A stretch of 64,000 nt of DNA from NCBI RefSeq assembly GCF_964204645.1, contig NW_027437437.1:62001-126000 (forward strand), given 5' to 3'. This document shows positions 63,888 to 64,000 of this stretch, one piece after another (position 1 is the first letter of the stretch; each line of letters begins with the position of its first letter). The position numbers and the translations under genes are program-made. A model generated the notes under the pieces. The model did no database searches, was not told the origin of the DNA, and saw only the letters and a list, made by a program, of their open reading frames with translations. The stretch is from Tubulanus polymorphus (lineage: Eukaryota > Animalia > Nemertea).

Positions 63888-64000
63888 CGTAGGAGTTCTA
63901 AGGTTGTTATTTCTACGTTAATTTTCCTTTAGTTTGTATCATCTCTGATTACTTGAATTAGTCTCTTTCGAGTTCGCATATAGCCTGTAGATTCATGAAT

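Larger units (their letters stand above)
62978..63968 (-). mobile_element. Penelope-like retroelement, 5'-truncated, with inverted terminal duplication
   Basis: GIY-YIG ORF, hammerhead motif in the 3' region, ~59-bp inverted copy (63125-63183 vs 63910-63968). Confidence 0.9.

Overview
AT-rich eukaryotic DNA, most likely an invertebrate animal, made almost entirely of nested and mostly decayed mobile elements. No conventional host gene, rRNA, tRNA or CRISPR array was found. From left to right: (1) an internally deleted Ty3/Gypsy LTR element (781-3677). (2) A minus-strand Helitron/Helentron-type element carrying a herpesvirus-tegument-like deubiquitinase domain, Rep-PIF1 helicase and a 3-exon RPA70-like gene. 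It is split by a Harbinger-type MITE, which is itself split by a 7-kb non-coding long-TIR element with a 6-bp TSD. (3) Three copies of one Polinton/Maverick family: right-arm copy A (~19480-28445), a full-length 17.45-kb copy B with TIRs and GGTGTA TSD (30765-48216), and left-arm copy C (60295-62977). A and B both interrupt the same CR1/L2-like LINE. (4) A RAG1/Transib-like transposase preceded by a spliced chromodomain gene and interrupted by a 10-bp-TSD element. (5) A Penelope-like fragment with GIY-YIG nuclease and a minimal hammerhead ribozyme. The strongest candidate for something new is the Polinton. Almost every gene starts in a TAAATG context that falls into two poxvirus-like promoter architectures, each TIR begins with a self-inverted hairpin module, a variable zinc-finger gene sits beside a copy-specific palindromic repeat array, several membrane proteins are present and no adenain protease is recognisable. 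Together these suggest a virophage-like endogenous virus dependent on a cytoplasmic large DNA virus (inference). All coordinates were read by eye and may be off by a few bases.
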